A DNA stretch of 64,000 bases from an uncultured Alphaproteobacteria bacterium (lineage in GTDB: Bacteria; Pseudomonadota; Alphaproteobacteria; UBA6615). Every line of letters starts with the position of its first letter. Positions within the stretch are counted from its first letter, which is position 1. This document shows positions 48,295-60,182 of this stretch, piece after piece. The DNA lies in contig CALSML010000001.1 of the NCBI GenBank assembly GCA_943787445.1, forward strand, positions 57,408 to 121,407. The letters run 5' to 3'. The notes below the pieces were generated by a model. It had not been told where the DNA came from, made no database searches, and was given only the letters and a program-made list of their open reading frames with translations. A program made the position numbers and the translations under genes.

Positions 48295-49601
48295 CGGGGT
48301 CTCCCGATCGGGAACCGGACTCGGGAAAGCGTCCGTTTGATCGGCGGGCCGTGGGTTCGTGGTGTGTGTTCGACTGGGCGAATTCACCGGTTCCGGCGGT
48401 GATTCTAACTTTTGTCATTTCCGCCTATTTTGCGGATGCGGTGATGAAGGATCCGGCACGGGCAGCGGAAATGTGGGCGGTGATGACCGGGATCGCTGCG
48501 CTCACCATCGCGGTGCTGAGTCCGGTACTCGGCGCGATTGCCGATCAGGGGCGCGCGCGGAAACCCTGGCTGGCGTTGTTCACAGCGATCATGGCCGCCG
48601 GGTCGCTTCTGCTCTGGTTCGTCCACCCCGATGCCTCGGATGCGATCCTGTTGCTGATTCTTGTGGGCACCATGGTGGTCGCCTTCGAAATGTCGATGGT
48701 GTTTTACAACGCCCTGTTGCCAAGCCTGGTGCCCGGGACCTGGTTGGGGCGGATTTCGGGCTGGGCCTGGGGGCTGGGCTATCTGGGTGGTGTTGGCGGT
48801 CTGCTGCTGGTGTTGTTCGTCTTCGTGCTGGCGGATCCGCCGCCCTTCGGTCTCGATGGCGCCTCTGATGTTCTGGAGAATGTGCGGATGTCCGGGCCGG
48901 TGGTTGCGGCCTGGCTGCTGCTGTTCTGTGTGCCGCTGTTCGTTTGGACGCCTGACCCGCAGGGCCACGGACTGCCGCTGGGGCCGGCCATCCGCACCGG
49001 CCTGGTCGAGCTGAAGCAGACGCTGCGAAATTTGCCCAACCACCCGCAGCTCTGGCGGTTTCTCCTGGCCCGGATGCTGTTCACCGACGGGCTGAACACC
49101 CTGTTTGCCTTTGGCGGCATCTTTGCTGCCGGGACATTCGGGATGCCACTGGCCGAAGTCATCATGTTCGGGCTGATTCTCAACATCACCGCCGGGCTTG
49201 GTGCATTCGCGTTTGGCTGGATCGATGACTGGATCGGCGCCAGGCGCACCATCCTGATCGGCATTGTGGGAATCGTCCTGGTGGGGACGCCCCTGCTGCT
49301 GGTCGAATCCAAGCTGGCTTTCATTGTTCTCGGCGGTACGCTCGGCATTTTCTTCGGCCCGGTGCAGGCGGCGAGCCGCTCCATGATGGCGCGAATCATT
49401 CCGCCGGGCACGGAAAGCGAAATGTTCGGGCTCTACGCGCTGTCAGGGAAGGTGACGGCGTTCATGGGGCCCTGGGCTGTCGCGGTGGTCACGGCAGCCA
49501 CGGGCAGTCAGCGCTGGGGCATGGCAACCGTTTTGCCGTTCCTTATCCTTGGCGGGCTGCTGCTGTACTTCACCGTTCGCGAGGCGCCGGCCCGGCGTTA
49601 G
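48290..49601 (+). CDS. MFS transporter (UMF1-like)
   Basis: 12-TM architecture. Its ATG overlaps the upstream TGA, indicating coupling. Confidence 0.7.
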
Positions 49602-49921
49602 CCGGCCAGACGGACCGCCGTGCCCGAGGCCACGACCATCAGCATCGAACCTTTCTCGCCCCCCACTTCGTAGTCGAGTGACAGCCCGATGATGGCATTG
49701 GCTCCCCGTTCGCTGACCTCGGCTTCGATGGATTCCATCGCACCGCTGCGTGCAGAGGCCAGCACCTTTTCATAACTGCCGGAGCGGCCCCCCACCACAT
49801 CGCGCACGGATGCGGACATGTCGCGCACGATGTTGGCGCCGACGATCGCTTCGCCGGCGCAGATGCCGAGATACTCTTCGACCTTGCGGCCTTCGACATG
49901 TCCGGTCGTGGTGACGATCAT
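49598..49921 (-). CDS. YbjQ/UPF0145 family protein
   Basis: [20 protein letters not shown]...[12 protein letters not shown] is the YbjQ signature. Confidence 0.8.
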   Translation of the reverse strand: MIVTTTGHVEGRKVEEYLGICAGEAIVGANIVRDMSASVRDVVGGRSGSYEKVLASARSGAMESIEAEVSERGANAIIGLSLDYEVGGEKGSMLMVVASGTAVRLAG

Positions 49922-49940
49922 GGTGACCTCCCTGTGGTGA

Positions 49941-51527
49941 CTAGTGACGGAAATGGCGCATGCCGGTGAAGACCATGGCGATTCCGGCGTCGTCCGCGGC
50001 GGCAATCACCTCATCGTCCCGGACCGAGCCACCGGGCTGAATGACCGCCGTGGCACCAGCTTCGATCGTGGTCAGCAGCCCGTCGGGGAACGGGAAAAAG
50101 GCATCCGATGCGGCCACTGAACCCTGGGTCAGGGCTCCGGTTTCACCGGCGGCTTCTGCGGCTTCCTTCGATTTGTGTGCGGCGATCCGCGCCGCGTCCA
50201 CCCGGCTCATCTGGCCGGCACCGATCCCGACCGTGGCACCGTTCTTGGCATAGACGATGGTGTTCGACTTCACATGCTTGCCGATAGTGAAAGCCAGCAG
50301 CATGTCGGCGATTTCCTGTTCGCTGGGCTGGCGTTTCGTGACGATCTTCAGATCGCTGGCGGTGATGTGACCGGCATCTCGGTCCTGCATCAGGAAGCCC
50401 CCGGCCAGCGGCTTGATCATGCGGCCGGTGGCCCGCGGGTCGGGCATGGATCCGGTCAGCAACAAGCGGAGGTTTTCCTTGCCAGCAAAGACGGCGCGGG
50501 CGGCGTCATCCGCATCCGGTGCAATCACCACCTCGGTGAAGATTTCCGTGATGGCTTCAGCTAGCGGGCCGGTCAGGGGCCGGTTGGCGGCAACAATGCC
50601 CCCGAAGGCGCTGACGGGATCGCATTTGCGCGCGGCGCGATAGGCCGCGACCAGATCGTCTGCGGTTGCAACACCACAGGGATTGGCATGTTTGATGATC
50701 GCAATCGCGGGCGCGTTGAATTCGGCGGCCAGCTCAAAGGCGGCATCGGCATCACCCAGATTGTTGTAACTGAGCTCCTTGCCCTGCACCTGTTCGGCAT
50801 GGGCCACGCCGGGGCGGGCTTCGCCGCCGATATAGAGCGCGGCGGTCTGGTGCGGGTTCTCGCCATAGCGCAGGACCGAATCCAGTTTGCCCGATGTGAC
50901 ATGGGTTTCCGGGAAGGCATCCCCCAGCTCGCCGGAAAGCCAGGCCGTGATGGCGCCGTCATAGGCGGCCGTGCGGGCATAGGCTTTGGCTGCGAGACGG
51001 CGGCGCAGATCGGCGGGCAGTTTGCCGCCATTGGCATCCAGCGCCGCGACTATCTCGCCATAGTCCGACGGGTCGGTCACCACCGCCACATGGGCGTGGT
51101 TCTTGGCCGCCGCGCGAATCATGGCCGGACCGCCGATATCGATATTCTCGACACAGTCATCATAGCCCGCGCCCGAGGCGACCGTGGCTTCGAAGGGATA
51201 GAGATTGATCACGATCAGGTCGATCGGGCCGATCTCGTGTTCGGCCATGGCGGCCTGATCTTCGGGGTGATCGCGGCGGGCGAGGATGCCGCCGTGGATC
51301 GTCGGGTGCAGGGTTTTGACCCGACCGTCCATGATCTCGGGGAAGCCTGTGTGGTCGGCGACCTCGATCACGGGGATTTCCGCATCGGCCAGCGCGCGCG
51401 CCGACCCGCCGGTGGAGAGAATTTCGATATTGTGGCGGGCAAGCGCCTGACCAAGATCGGTCAGTCCGGCTTTGTCGGACACGGAGATGATGACACGCGT
51501 GATCTGTGCGTCTGAGTTGTTTGGCAC
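49941..51527 (-). CDS. purH: Bifunctional AICAR transformylase / IMP cyclohydrolase
   Basis: [12 protein letters not shown]...LSTGGSA...[20 protein letters not shown] and a ~528 aa length are classic PurH. Confidence 0.9.
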   Translation of the reverse strand: MPNNSDAQITRVIISVSDKAGLTDLGQALARHNIEILSTGGSARALADAEIPVIEVADHTGFPEIMDGRVKTLHPTIHGGILARRDHPEDQAAMAEHEIGPIDLIVINLYPFEATVASGAGYDDCVENIDIGGPAMIRAAAKNHAHVAVVTDPSDYGEIVAALDANGGKLPADLRRRLAAKAYARTAAYDGAITAWLSGELGDAFPETHVTSGKLDSVLRYGENPHQTAALYIGGEARPGVAHAEQVQGKELSYNNLGDADAAFELAAEFNAPAIAIIKHANPCGVATADDLVAAYRAARKCDPVSAFGGIVAANRPLTGPLAEAITEIFTEVVIAPDADDAARAVFAGKENLRLLLTGSMPDPRATGRMIKPLAGGFLMQDRDAGHITASDLKIVTKRQPSEQEIADMLLAFTIGKHVKSNTIVYAKNGATVGIGAGQMSRVDAARIAAHKSKEAAEAAGETGALTQGSVAASDAFFPFPDGLLTTIEAGATAVIQPGGSVRDDEVIAAADDAGIAMVFTGMRHFRH

Positions 51528-51589
51528 CGGCGGGGTTGTCCTTCGTAAGAGCTGTGGTGGGGTTCTTTCCGGGCCAGGGTCGGAACGTT

Positions 51590-53497
51590 CTATTTGGCCG
51601 CCATCCTGTCGGAGGGCGGGCCGTCGGAGTGAAACTCGGGAATCAGATGGGCGAGCTGGGCACGGCAGGCTGTGTTGTCGCCGGCTTTCGCGGCCTTGCT
51701 CAAATCGTCGATGGCGCGTTCGAGCACGTCGCGATCGGCCACGCGCGGGGTGGCGAGCTGGATCGCGGCATTGCCGGTCGGCGACAGGCTTTCGGCATCG
51801 TGAAACAGCTCTTCATAGAGCTTCTCACCGGTGCGCAAGCCGACGAATTCGATGTCGACATCCTCATAGGGGCGCTTGCCGGCGAGGCGGATGATCTGTT
51901 CGGCCAGATCGGCGATCCGCACCGGTTCGCCCATATCCAGAACAAAGATTCCGCCTGCATCCGCCGAGCCGAGCGCTGAGGCCTGGAGCACCAGTTCCAC
52001 GGCCTCCCCGGTGGTCATGAAATAGCGGGTGATGTCCTTATGGGTCACGGTCAGTGGTCCGCCGGCGGCGAGCTGTCGCTCGAAGAGCGGAACGACCGAG
52101 CCGGTCGAACCCAACACATTGCCGAAGCGCACGGTGATGAAGCGGCAGTCGTCACCCGCATGCGCGCGGTCCAGAGCCTGGCAATAGCTTTCAGCGACGC
52201 GTTTGGTGGCCCCCATGGCGCTGGTCGGATTGACCGCCTTGTCGGTGGAGATCAGGACCATCTTCCGCGCGCCGGTGCTGCGACATAGATCGGCGACGAT
52301 GCGCGACCCGCCAATATTGGTCAGCACGCCTTCGGCCACGTGGGACTCAACGATGGGCACATGTTTGAGGGCAGCGGCGTGGAATACGAGTTCGGGCCGG
52401 GCTTCCGCGAAGACAGCCGCCATGGCCGACTGATCGCGAACATCGGCGAGATGGGCCATATGGACAAGCCCGTCCTTGTTCTCGCGCATCTCCAGATCGA
52501 TCGAATAGAGGTTGAATTCGGAATTGTCGAGGAGATCGAGCCGCGACGGAGCCAGGGCCGCGATCTGGCGCACCAGCTCGCTGCCGATCGTGCCGCCCGC
52601 CCCTGTGACCAGCACCCGACAGCCCTTGACGAGTTGTTCCATCGCCGGTCGGTCGAGCACCGCCTGAGGGCGTCCGAGCAGATCCTCGACGGCCACGGGT
52701 TTCACCTCGATGGTTTCGCCAATTCCGGATTCGAAATCGGTCAGGCGGGGCAGTCGTGCCATCGACATGCCATGGGTTTCCGTGAGGTCGAGCAGGTGTC
52801 GCATGAGGGCCGGCTCGAGACCGCGCTTGGTGACAACCAGCCGCTGCGGGCGTTCGGCGCGCAGGGCCAGGCGTCGCATCACATCGGCTAGATCATCGGG
52901 CGTGCCCAGCACCGAGACATTGCGGATCTGCCGCCCGACCCGATGCCCCTTTTCGTCCAGCACGCCGACCACCCGATAGGCCGCCCCGGGCTGGCGGGCC
53001 AGATCGCGGATGAAGGCTTCGGCTTCGTCGCCGGCTCCCACGAGCAGAACCGGAACAGCGGGCTTGCTGGTCGGGTCGACGGTTAGCTCGAAATGGCGGT
53101 CCTTGACCAGCCGGTACAGGAAGCGGGGTCCGCCCAGCAGAGCCATCAACACGAACCAGTTGATCAGCGGCAGGGAGCGCGGCAGGAATTCGGCCCGGGA
53201 TGCGATGAACAGGATCGGGACGAAAATCAGGACTGCGAGGCTGACCGCCTTGGTGATTGCGATCAGATCGTTCATGGACGCGTAGCGCCAGATGCCGCGA
53301 TACAGGCCCATGGGCCAGAACACGCAGGTCGAGATCACGGCAAACAGCACCATGCTCTGGACGATAAATTCCGTGGGAACGGTGTTGATGGAATCGCCCA
53401 TGCGCAGCCACAGGGACAGAGGCAACGAAATCGACGCCATGAAGATGTCGTGTCCGTAGGCGATATTCGCCCGGCCGAATCGTAATTTTGATCGCAT
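51590..53497 (-). CDS. Membrane-anchored NDP-sugar 4,6-dehydratase (PglF/WbpM/CapD-like polysaccharide biosynthesis protein)
   Basis: N-terminal TM segments followed by the [14 protein letters not shown] Rossmann motif and an SDR-extended dehydratase domain. Confidence 0.8.
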   Translation of the reverse strand: MRSKLRFGRANIAYGHDIFMASISLPLSLWLRMGDSINTVPTEFIVQSMVLFAVISTCVFWPMGLYRGIWRYASMNDLIAITKAVSLAVLIFVPILFIASRAEFLPRSLPLINWFVLMALLGGPRFLYRLVKDRHFELTVDPTSKPAVPVLLVGAGDEAEAFIRDLARQPGAAYRVVGVLDEKGHRVGRQIRNVSVLGTPDDLADVMRRLALRAERPQRLVVTKRGLEPALMRHLLDLTETHGMSMARLPRLTDFESGIGETIEVKPVAVEDLLGRPQAVLDRPAMEQLVKGCRVLVTGAGGTIGSELVRQIAALAPSRLDLLDNSEFNLYSIDLEMRENKDGLVHMAHLADVRDQSAMAAVFAEARPELVFHAAALKHVPIVESHVAEGVLTNIGGSRIVADLCRSTGARKMVLISTDKAVNPTSAMGATKRVAESYCQALDRAHAGDDCRFITVRFGNVLGSTGSVVPLFERQLAAGGPLTVTHKDITRYFMTTGEAVELVLQASALGSADAGGIFVLDMGEPVRIADLAEQIIRLAGKRPYEDVDIEFVGLRTGEKLYEELFHDAESLSPTGNAAIQLATPRVADRDVLERAIDDLSKAAKAGDNTACRAQLAHLIPEFHSDGPPSDRMAAK

Positions 53498-53564
53498 TTG
53501 CGGACGTCCTGTTGGGTCGCCCGCTTATACCACTAAGCGGTCGCAGACAAAGCCCCGGAACCGG

Positions 53565-54674
53565 TCACGGGTGACGGTTTGCGGGGATTGTTGTCCGTTT
53601 CATCCACACCAGGAGGGCGAGAACCAGAAGTGCGGCCACCGCGAGCGCGGCAAATCGCCAGATCGACCCTGCGGCCAACATCGTCGTTCCGGCGGCCAGG
53701 AGGATCAGCAGGAGATTGACCAGCCCCACGGCCATGCTGACCTGGCCATGGCTGCGGCCATTCTGAACGGCCTTCTGGTAGTAATGTTCCCGATGGGCCA
53801 GCCAGATCTTTTCGCCCCGCTGCAGCCGCCGCAACAGGGTGAGCGTGGCATCAGCCAGATAGTAGAGAGGCAGGATCACGGCGGCCTCCCATTGTCCGTG
53901 TGCTGCGAGCGCCAGCAACAGCCAGCCCAACAGATAACCCAGCGGAACGCTGCCGATGTCACCGAGAAATATTTTCGCCGGTGGCCAGTTCCAGACCAGA
54001 AAGCCCAGAGCGGCGGCCGTGATGGCCAGGCCGTGCAGATGCATTGCCGACAGGCTGTCGGTGGTCAAAAGCCCGATGGTCAGGATGCCGGCACCGATTC
54101 CCATGGATTCGATGCCGCTGATGCCATCGATGCCATCCATGAAGTTGAACAGGTTCACGAACCAGATCCAGCCGATCACCGTGACCGCGGCATCCAGCCA
54201 GGGGGGAAGCAGGCCCTGAAACACCAGGCCGGGCAGCACCATCACGCCAAGTATCGCCGCGGCGAATTGCATACCCAGCCGGGGCAAAGCGCTCAGGCTG
54301 CGCAAATCATCGATCCAGGAGACCCACGCAAGGGCCAGCGCGGCCAGCGGGATCAGCCAGTTTGCCACGGGGTCTGAGCCCGGGACGACAAGACCGATGA
54401 TCAGCCAGGCCGAGAGTAACACGGCGATGACGCCCAACCCGCCGCCCCGAGGGGTCGGCACCACATGGGAGCTGCGATCATTGGGCCGGTCGAGAATCTC
54501 GTGACGCAACAACTGGCCGCGAACGAACCAGACCAGACCGGTAGTGGTCAGCGCGACGGCAACAGCGATGATGACGAGGATCCAGATCACGGCAGGGTCA
54601 TTGAATAGCGGATGGTGCAGCGCTTGTAGCGGCAAAAACAAAGGCCCGGCAAGGTGCCGGGCCTGAGAAGGCAA
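53565..54674 (-). CDS. Polyprenyl-phosphate HexNAc-1-phosphate transferase (WecA/MraY-like, GT4 family initiating enzyme)
   Basis: Multi-TM protein with the FLGDIGSVPLG motif and a DD motif, typical of the MraY/WecA superfamily. Confidence 0.75.
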   Translation of the reverse strand: MPSQARHLAGPLFLPLQALHHPLFNDPAVIWILVIIAVAVALTTTGLVWFVRGQLLRHEILDRPNDRSSHVVPTPRGGGLGVIAVLLSAWLIIGLVVPGSDPVANWLIPLAALALAWVSWIDDLRSLSALPRLGMQFAAAILGVMVLPGLVFQGLLPPWLDAAVTVIGWIWFVNLFNFMDGIDGISGIESMGIGAGILTIGLLTTDSLSAMHLHGLAITAAALGFLVWNWPPAKIFLGDIGSVPLGYLLGWLLLALAAHGQWEAAVILPLYYLADATLTLLRRLQRGEKIWLAHREHYYQKAVQNGRSHGQVSMAVGLVNLLLILLAAGTTMLAAGSIWRFAALAVAALLVLALLVWMKRTTIPANRHP

Positions 54675-54688
54675 AACTAAGTGCCGGA

Positions 54689-55828
54689 CTATGCCGCCCG
54701 CAGATCTAGATGATCGAGCTGGCGGGCGATAACCTTCTGCTCGTCAAACAGACGGCGTGCGCGTTCCAGACCGGCCTTTCCCATGCGTTCGCGCAACCGG
54801 GATTCGGCAACCAGAGATCGCAAACCGTGCGCCAGTGCATCTGCATTGCGAACTGGGACCAGCAAACCGGTCTCGCCATCCACCACCTCTTCGCGGCTAC
54901 CGCGGATATCGGTCGCCACCACCGGTCGTCCGGTCAGCATGGCCTCGATGATCGAACGCGGCATGCCCTCCCGATGGGATGGCAGAGTGAAAATGTCAGC
55001 CGCCCGCATCAGATCGGGAACGTCCTGTCGGTAGCCCAGAAAACGAATGCGGGATTTGAGGTCCGGATCGCGATCGATCGACGCGATGATGTCGGCAATT
55101 CCCGACGCGTGATCGCTTTCCAGCCGCGCGCCCACAGCCCAGAGCTCGGCATCTATATCACGCATGGCGGTGACGAGTTCCCGGTAGCCCTTTTCCTCCA
55201 CCAGCCGTCCGGTCATCAAAACCACAACGCGGTCCGCCGGGGTTCCCAGAGACTCCCGGATGCGCATGCGGGCATTATCCGGATCCTCCGGTGTGAAAAT
55301 ATCCGGGTCGCTGCCATTGCCGATCGCCAGAACATCACCGGTTTTGCAGAGGCCCAGACGGCCCGCGGTTTCTGCATCTTCTTCGGATTGGGTGAACAGG
55401 GTGTGTGTGGCACGACCGGCGAGCCATTCCAGGCTGATATGGGCGGCCCGTCGCGGTGCGGGCATATGTTCATGGAAATAGAATCCGTGTGCGGTATAGG
55501 CGACCCGCGGCACCCGGGCCATTTTCGCCGCCATCCGACCAATCAGGGAGCCGACCGGTGTGTGCGTGTGCACCAGGTCAAATTGCTCATCCCGAAAAAG
55601 CTGCCGCAGGGCGCGTGTCGCCCGGATATTGCGGATCGGGTTGATCGTGCGGGCCAGCGGCACGGTCTCAACGCGGAATCCCTCGTCGCGGACCAGCGGT
55701 ACAAGGTCCCCGTCCGCGCACACACCGACAACCTCATGCCCCTCTTTCCGCATCGCATGCATGAGCGGGCGCAGAAAATGGTACAGGGTGAAATCGACCG
55801 TGCAGAGTTGGCAAATCTTCAGGGGCAT
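54689..55828 (-). CDS. Glycosyltransferase family 1 (GT4-type)
   Basis: GT-B fold with a C-terminal EGMPRSIIEAMLTGRPVVATD motif (E-x7-E region). Confidence 0.8.
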   Translation of the reverse strand: MPLKICQLCTVDFTLYHFLRPLMHAMRKEGHEVVGVCADGDLVPLVRDEGFRVETVPLARTINPIRNIRATRALRQLFRDEQFDLVHTHTPVGSLIGRMAAKMARVPRVAYTAHGFYFHEHMPAPRRAAHISLEWLAGRATHTLFTQSEEDAETAGRLGLCKTGDVLAIGNGSDPDIFTPEDPDNARMRIRESLGTPADRVVVLMTGRLVEEKGYRELVTAMRDIDAELWAVGARLESDHASGIADIIASIDRDPDLKSRIRFLGYRQDVPDLMRAADIFTLPSHREGMPRSIIEAMLTGRPVVATDIRGSREEVVDGETGLLVPVRNADALAHGLRSLVAESRLRERMGKAGLERARRLFDEQKVIARQLDHLDLRAA

Positions 55829-55956
55829 ATCAAAATATTAGTCTTTTCCTAAACAGACGGATTCAATATGGGCCGGTGCGAAAGGATGCACGTGTTGACG
55901 GCATGGGTCTATCTTGGTCCCGCTGATACCCATTGCCGGGATTTGAAAGGAAATCA

Positions 55957-56202
55957 ATGAGCCTCGTCTTGATCGGTGCCGGTGGACACGCGCTTGTTGT
56001 GCTCGATGCTGCACTGTCCGGTTCACTTCCTGTTGCTGGACTGGTCGATCAGGTAGTGCCGCCCGGCCAGATGATCGGTTCTGCACCAGATGTGTATATC
56101 TCCGGATCAAGCGACAGGATCGACATCCAGCAACTGCTTTCGGCCCAGGAGGCCTCGGGCGGCGTCACCACACCCGGGATGTCCGCAAACAGGTCTGCAT
56201 AG
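55957..56202 (+). pseudogene. Possible remnant of a PglD/NeuD-type sugar N-acetyltransferase (N-terminal ~30 aa motif only)
   Basis: MSLVLIGAGGHALVVLDAALSGSLPVAGLVDQ resembles the nucleotide-binding N-terminus of PglD/NeuD. The hexapeptide-repeat domain is absent. The ORF runs antisense into the aminotransferase gene. Confidence 0.3.
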
Positions 56203-56861
56203 CGTCCCGCCACATCACGCTTGCGGCTGACAAAATCGTCGAGCCTGTCGAGCTGCGCGACGATGAGGGCCGCGTTCAGATTGGGCATCCGGTAGTTGAA
56301 CCCGATCTCGCCATGGGCAAAATACAACGCATCGTCGCGCGCCTGACTGGCGAGATAGCGCACGCGTTTGGCGATGTCGGGGTCCGGTGTCAGCACCATG
56401 CCGCCCGCCCCGCCGGTGATGATCTTGTTACCGTTGAAACTGAGTATGGCTGTGTGACCAAGTCCGCCCACCGGCCGATCCCGGCAGCGCGCGCCAAGCG
56501 CTTCTGCTGCATCCTCCACCACGGTGATGCCGTAGGGCTTCAGGATCGTGTCGAGGGCATCCATGTCAACGGGGTGGCCATAAAGATGGAACGGGACAAT
56601 CGCCTTGATGGTCTTTCCGGTGCTGCGTTCGGTAGTCGTCCCGTCAGCCGTGTCACATTCGTTCTGCAGGAAGTTCTGCAGACCATCGAGATCGAGCAGC
56701 CCGGTCCGGGGATCGACATCGGCCAGTAAGGGGGAAGCCCCGCAGTAGCAGATGGAATTCACGGTGGCGACAAAGGTTGCCTCGGGAACGATCACCAGAT
56801 CACGATCACCGACGCCGATGGCCAGCAATGCCAGATGCAGCGCTGCGGTCCCGGGTTGCAC
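56049..56861 (-). pseudogene. DegT/DnrJ/EryC1/StrS family sugar aminotransferase, 5'-truncated (lacks ~60 N-terminal residues)
   Basis: Begins at ...GTAALHLALLAIGVGDRDLVIVPEATFVATVN. A stop lies 11 codons upstream in frame. No N-terminal segment is found in the other two frames, which are occupied by the ligase gene's C-terminus. Confidence 0.65.
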
Positions 56862-58125
56862 TGTAACCGGATTCCCTTTCCATGGGTCGTGTCACCACGG
56901 CGATTGTCAGTGCTGCGGCGACCCAGAGCGTGGCCTGCCACCAGCCTTGCCAGGCCCCGAAACTGAGTTCGAAAAGCAGAATGCCTGCGACGCAGGTTGC
57001 GGCCACACAGGCTTTTTCGAACCGGTGCCGGACGTGTTTGTGAATCGCGCGCAGGGCAGCCAGGGTCACAAAACCGACCAGAAGAATCCCAGGCAGTCCG
57101 AGTTCCAGCCAGATCTGGAGAAATCCGTTATGGGGGTGCAGCGGCAGAAACTCACCGGGCGTGGTGTCACCATCGATATTGACCAGCAGATCGAAGGTTT
57201 CGCGACCACCGGGTATGGCGCGCGCTGCGTCGAGGCCCCAGCCGGAAATCGGTTTGTCGATCACCCGGTCGGCGGCGAATTCCCAGATAGCCAGACGGTG
57301 GTTGATGCCCTGATCCACATGACCGATGGCGCGGAGATAATCGGCGATATCAGGCGCCCAGATGGTCCACATGGGCAGAACGGCAATCGAGATGACCGTC
57401 GCCAATCCGATCACCCAGATCGCAATTCCCGGGACGGCGAGAACCAGAGCGGCAGCCAGACTGGCCACCAGCAGGGCGAGCAAGGATGCGCTGCTGTTGA
57501 GAATGGCCAGTATCACGATACAGGTCAGCAAGGCGCCGAACGCGAACAGGGTGCCCGCCTGTCGCTGAGCCGCCAACACCAGTGTCCAGGCCAGAAGGGC
57601 AATGAGTCCCGAGGCGCGGTTGAAAAAGGCCAGCCCATAGGACCCGGCGCCTTCGTCACCGTTCAGCAACCGGCTGACCGGTGCATCGAGCACAAATTCG
57701 ATCAGGATGAATGCGATGGCGGTGGCGAAACCGGCGATCAGGGCTTTGCCGATCACACGTTGTTCCCCGGCGCTGCAGTTGCGCGCGAGAGAGATCAGAA
57801 ACAGGCCGCCGACAATGAACATCACGATATTGGTGAGCACATGCTGGGTGCGGCCCTGTGATGGACTCCATTGCATGGTTATGGCGGCCCAGATCACCAG
57901 CAGGACCAGGGCTGCCAGAATGCCGTAGGACGGCAAGCTCACCTTGCGTCGCTGGATTAGGCTCATTGCGGCGCCAATCAGGGCGGCGGCTGCCGCCAGA
58001 ATCCAGATGATCGACGGGCCGAGAACCGACAGGATCGGAAGTGTGAACGCCAGTCCCGGAAACACGATATGAGGCCCGAGGGCGGTTTTCTCAGTCCGGG
58101 CTGAAGGCTCTAGATCAACGGACAT
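56806..58125 (-). CDS. O-antigen ligase / Wzy_C domain membrane protein
   Basis: Eleven or more TM segments, with a periplasmic loop containing NHRLAIWEFA...SGWGLD (Wzy_C/WaaL-type motif). Confidence 0.7.
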   Translation of the reverse strand: MSVDLEPSARTEKTALGPHIVFPGLAFTLPILSVLGPSIIWILAAAAALIGAAMSLIQRRKVSLPSYGILAALVLLVIWAAITMQWSPSQGRTQHVLTNIVMFIVGGLFLISLARNCSAGEQRVIGKALIAGFATAIAFILIEFVLDAPVSRLLNGDEGAGSYGLAFFNRASGLIALLAWTLVLAAQRQAGTLFAFGALLTCIVILAILNSSASLLALLVASLAAALVLAVPGIAIWVIGLATVISIAVLPMWTIWAPDIADYLRAIGHVDQGINHRLAIWEFAADRVIDKPISGWGLDAARAIPGGRETFDLLVNIDGDTTPGEFLPLHPHNGFLQIWLELGLPGILLVGFVTLAALRAIHKHVRHRFEKACVAATCVAGILLFELSFGAWQGWWQATLWVAAALTIAVVTRPMERESGYSATRDRSAASGIAGHRRR

Positions 58126-58217
58126 ACTGAGTTCGGTGGTTTCGGAATGTATGACGTGGCGTGAACAGGAATCTAGCACGCGAAACCTTGCGTCGGACGA
58201 AGTGACGAAGGGGGGTG

Positions 58218-60182
58218 CTAGACGGCTTCATGCTCACGCCAGGCCTGAAACATCAGGATAGCCCACAGTCGATGCTCCCAGTTGCGACGGCCCGAGAGAT
58301 GTTCGGCCCAGGCTTTGCGAATGGGAATCGGGTTCAGCAACCCGTCGCGGCTCAGTGCGTCTTCGGCGAGCAATGTTTCGGCCCAGTCGCGCAGATCTGT
58401 GCGCAACCAGCGCCCGATGGGAACCCCGAAACCCATTTTCGGGCGCTCGATCAGCTCGCGGGGGACGTATCGTTCGAGGAGTTTGCGCACGGGCCATTTC
58501 GTGGCGCCGTCTCGCAACTTCATGGAGAGGGGCAAGCTCCAGGCGAAGGCCCCGATGGTGTGATCGAGGAAGGGCACCCGTCCCTCAAGTCCCACGGCCA
58601 TCGCGGCACGATCGAATTTGACCAGAATATCGTTTGGCAGATAACCGGTGGTGTCGAGCAGAAGCATTTCCTGGGTGAAGTCGTTCAGCTCCGGCCAGTC
58701 GGTCATCGCGCCGCCATAGCAGCGGGGTTCGGTTGCGCCGGGCACCAGAGCGCCCGGGTCGTTCCATTGAGAGAGCAATTCCAGATAGAGGGCGTGACGG
58801 TCCGGGGCTCGCAGCAGTTCTGCCAGTTTGTGGATCTTGTGCCCGACCTGCACCTGACGGTCCCGGGTACAACGCCATGCAACGGCGGTGTTGTAAATCC
58901 CGTCCCAGACCTGTGGTGGGGCGGCCCGCATCATGCCGGTGGCCAGTTTTCGGACCGGTTCGGGCAGGGCTTCCACCACGCCGCCGATCCGGTTGCCCCA
59001 GGCATAGCGATTGTAGCCGACAAACTGTTCATCCCCTGCATCGCCGGACAGGGATACGGTCACCAAATCACGTGCCAGTTGAGAGACCAGAAAGGTGGGT
59101 ATCTGGGATGAATCCGAGAATGGCTCGTCATAGATTTCGGGAATTCTGGGGATGACGTCCTGCACTTCGGCAGGCGTGACATAGAGTTCTGTATGGGCAG
59201 TTCCGAGATGGGCTGCGACCGCCGCCGCGTATTGGGCTTCGTTGTATTGCGCTTCATGAAACCCGATCGAGAAGGTGCGGATGGGCGCGCTGCTACGAGC
59301 CTGCATGAGTGCGACGATGGTGGATGAATCCAGCCCGCCGGACAGAAACGCGCCCAACGGGACATCGGATACCATGCATCGTTCCACCGCCGCCCCGAGC
59401 AGGCGATCGAGTTCGTCGACGGCGTCTTCGGGAGTGCCCGCAAACGGCGTGGCAAGCCCGTCGCGGGCGATCTGTTCTGCAGACCAGTAGGGCTGAAGGG
59501 GCGCGATCTGCCCGCTCTCGAGCGCTTTTGTGTCGATGGTCAGGGTGGTGCCGGCAACCAGCTTGTGGGTCTTGCGAAAAATCGCATGGGGCGCCGGGAC
59601 ATTCCCGAAGCGCAGATACATGGCGAGCGCATCGGGATCGATGTCTGCCACGAAGTCCGGGTGAGCCCGTAGCGCTGACAGTTCTGATCCGAAGGCGATA
59701 CCACCGGGGAGCAGGGCGTAATAGAGCGGTTTCTGGCCATAGCGGTCGCGGGCGAGCGACAGGGAGTGCGTTTCCCGGTCCCAGAGCGCAAAGGCGAACA
59801 TGCCATTGGTGCGCTTGAGTGCATTAGCAAGACCATGCCGTTCGATCAGGGCGAGCAGCACCTCGGTGTCCGACGTGCCGCGGAAGCCGATGCCGGCGTC
59901 TTCCAGTTCGCGGCGCAGCTCGGGAAAATTATAGATCTCGCCATTGTAGGACATGACATAGCGCCCGCTCGGAGAGGGCATGGGCTGGTGACCCGTCTCC
60001 CTGAGATCGATGATCGCGAGGCGTCTGTGGGCGAGGCCGATCCCGTGTTCCGGATCGACCCAGACCCCATCGCCATCCGGCCCGCGATGGGCGACCGCCA
60101 GTCCCATGGCGTTGGCGACCCGCTGCAACGCGGTTTCACCTTCGATGCCCGCACGCGACCAGAACCCGGCAATGCCACACAT
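58218..60182 (-). CDS. asnB: Asparagine synthase (glutamine-hydrolysing) family amidotransferase
   Basis: MCGIAGFW N-terminal nucleophile and an SGGLDSS PP-loop. Its position in the glycan locus suggests a sugar amidotransferase role. Confidence 0.85.
   Translation of the reverse strand: MCGIAGFWSRAGIEGETALQRVANAMGLAVAHRGPDGDGVWVDPEHGIGLAHRRLAIIDLRETGHQPMPSPSGRYVMSYNGEIYNFPELRRELEDAGIGFRGTSDTEVLLALIERHGLANALKRTNGMFAFALWDRETHSLSLARDRYGQKPLYYALLPGGIAFGSELSALRAHPDFVADIDPDALAMYLRFGNVPAPHAIFRKTHKLVAGTTLTIDTKALESGQIAPLQPYWSAEQIARDGLATPFAGTPEDAVDELDRLLGAAVERCMVSDVPLGAFLSGGLDSSTIVALMQARSSAPIRTFSIGFHEAQYNEAQYAAAVAAHLGTAHTELYVTPAEVQDVIPRIPEIYDEPFSDSSQIPTFLVSQLARDLVTVSLSGDAGDEQFVGYNRYAWGNRIGGVVEALPEPVRKLATGMMRAAPPQVWDGIYNTAVAWRCTRDRQVQVGHKIHKLAELLRAPDRHALYLELLSQWNDPGALVPGATEPRCYGGAMTDWPELNDFTQEMLLLDTTGYLPNDILVKFDRAAMAVGLEGRVPFLDHTIGAFAWSLPLSMKLRDGATKWPVRKLLERYVPRELIERPKMGFGVPIGRWLRTDLRDWAETLLAEDALSRDGLLNPIPIRKAWAEHLSGRRNWEHRLWAILMFQAWREHEAV

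Noticed and set aside
53500-53565. Possible hairpin/terminator between the PglF-like and WecA-like genes
   Set aside because: Only an imperfect inverted repeat and no T-run. The genes are probably co-transcribed.
54710-55852. 380-aa plus-strand ORF opposite the GT1 gene
   Set aside because: Antisense shadow. The minus-strand GT1 has the conserved C-terminal motif.
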